Part shown: positions 63,712 through 64,000 of the stretch, piece by piece | Position numbering within the stretch: position 1 is the first letter of the stretch | How the letters are laid out: each line of letters begins with the position of its first letter | IMG/VR virus record: IMGVR_UViG_3300045988_052724 | Location: 96,001-160,000 of that record | DNA: 64,000 nucleotides | Reading direction: 5' to 3' (one strand) | From: a virus | Notes under the pieces: model-generated | Databases searched by the model: none | What the model was told of the DNA's origin: nothing | Seen by the model: the letters and a program-made list of their open reading frames with translations, nothing else | Position numbers and translations under genes: made by a program

Positions 63712-64000
63712 ATGAAAGTTACAATATCAGGAATTACATTAAAAGATGAGAAAACTATTCATCTGTTAGTTGCAGGAAATGCTAAGCCCAATCAGCAAGT
63801 CACATTCCATTACAGTCACAACATTCTGACTGTTGAACATAAATATGGAGCAGTTCAACTTCCAGTAATCAAGTTCAAGTTTAGTAGAAATGATGTAACG
63901 TTCTATTGCTATGATTTGGACGGCAAAACTGTTCTATATTTCAATGGCAGCAAATTCACATCTAACCCTAAAGAGTTCGAAGACACTATTGATAAGTGGG
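63712..64000 (+). CDS. Hypothetical protein, partial (runs off the window edge)
   Basis: From the ATG at 63712 the frame is open to the end of the window (MKVTISGITLKDEKTIHLLVAGNAKPNQQVTFHYSHN…). Confidence 0.5.
   Translation, partial: MKVTISGITLKDEKTIHLLVAGNAKPNQQVTFHYSHNILTVEHKYGAVQLPVIKFKFSRNDVTFYCYDLDGKTVLYFNGSKFTSNPKEFEDTIDKW

Noticed and set aside
1-64000. Genome-wide stop-codon reassignment (TAG or TGA recoding, as in some gut phages)
   Set aside because: ORFs of up to 2581 aa are intact under the standard code and the genes tile the sequence without fragmentation. Only the single in-frame TAA at 17266-17268 is odd, and it is reported separately.
1-64000. CRISPR arrays, tRNA/rRNA genes, integrase or att sites, transposases
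   Set aside because: I saw no regularly spaced repeats, no cloverleaf-like GC-rich ~75-nt islands in the intergenic gaps, and no recombinase motifs in any ORF. Absence by eye is not proof, and a tRNAscan or Infernal run would settle it.
1-64000. Assignment to crAss-like phages (Crassvirales)
   Set aside because: Host-type promoters, the large size and a terminase-portal pair are compatible with that assignment. However, the portal and capsid genes are about 37 kb apart, and no giant RNAP-like gene with a DxDxD motif is visible in this window. Classification needs terL, portal or MCP phylogeny.

Overview
The window is a low-GC (roughly one-third GC by eye) piece of a large tailed dsDNA phage genome. 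It is densely packed with co-directional genes. From about 55 kb down to 1, the minus strand carries a morphogenesis and virion module. In order it holds a small-terminase candidate, the large terminase and a portal candidate. Next comes a long run of tail-fibre and receptor-binding genes that includes a diversity-generating retroelement (DGR). After that come two giant multidomain proteins (1231 and 2581 aa), an amidase, a scaffold-like protein and the major capsid protein candidate, then further structural genes. A plus-strand cassette at 55.2-60.2 kb holds two HNH-type nucleases, a lytic-transglycosylase protein and small membrane proteins. A minus-strand operon of small proteins at 60.2-62.1 kb and a plus-strand set of very small genes from 62.5 kb diverge from an intergenic switch region at 62.06-62.5 kb.

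Main findings:
1. A DGR with an adenine-specific TR/VR pair that targets the C-terminus of a tail fibre.
2. The capsid gene appears to be split by a group I-like intron carrying a GIY-YIG homing endonuclease.
3. Three exact Bacteroidota-type promoters (TTTG, 19-20 nt spacer, TAnnTTTG) point to a Bacteroidota host.
4. One promoter-to-terminator unit contains an in-frame TAA followed by 58 stop-free codons.
5. A thrice-repeated leader cassette of about 85 nt, with a covarying hairpin, precedes tiny paralogous ORFs and a GC-rich island ORF.
6. A perfect 24-bp palindrome sits in the divergent switch region.

I saw no rRNA, tRNA or CRISPR array. All functional calls rest on motifs I could read in the translations. 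No database search was possible, so family assignments are hypotheses with the stated confidences.
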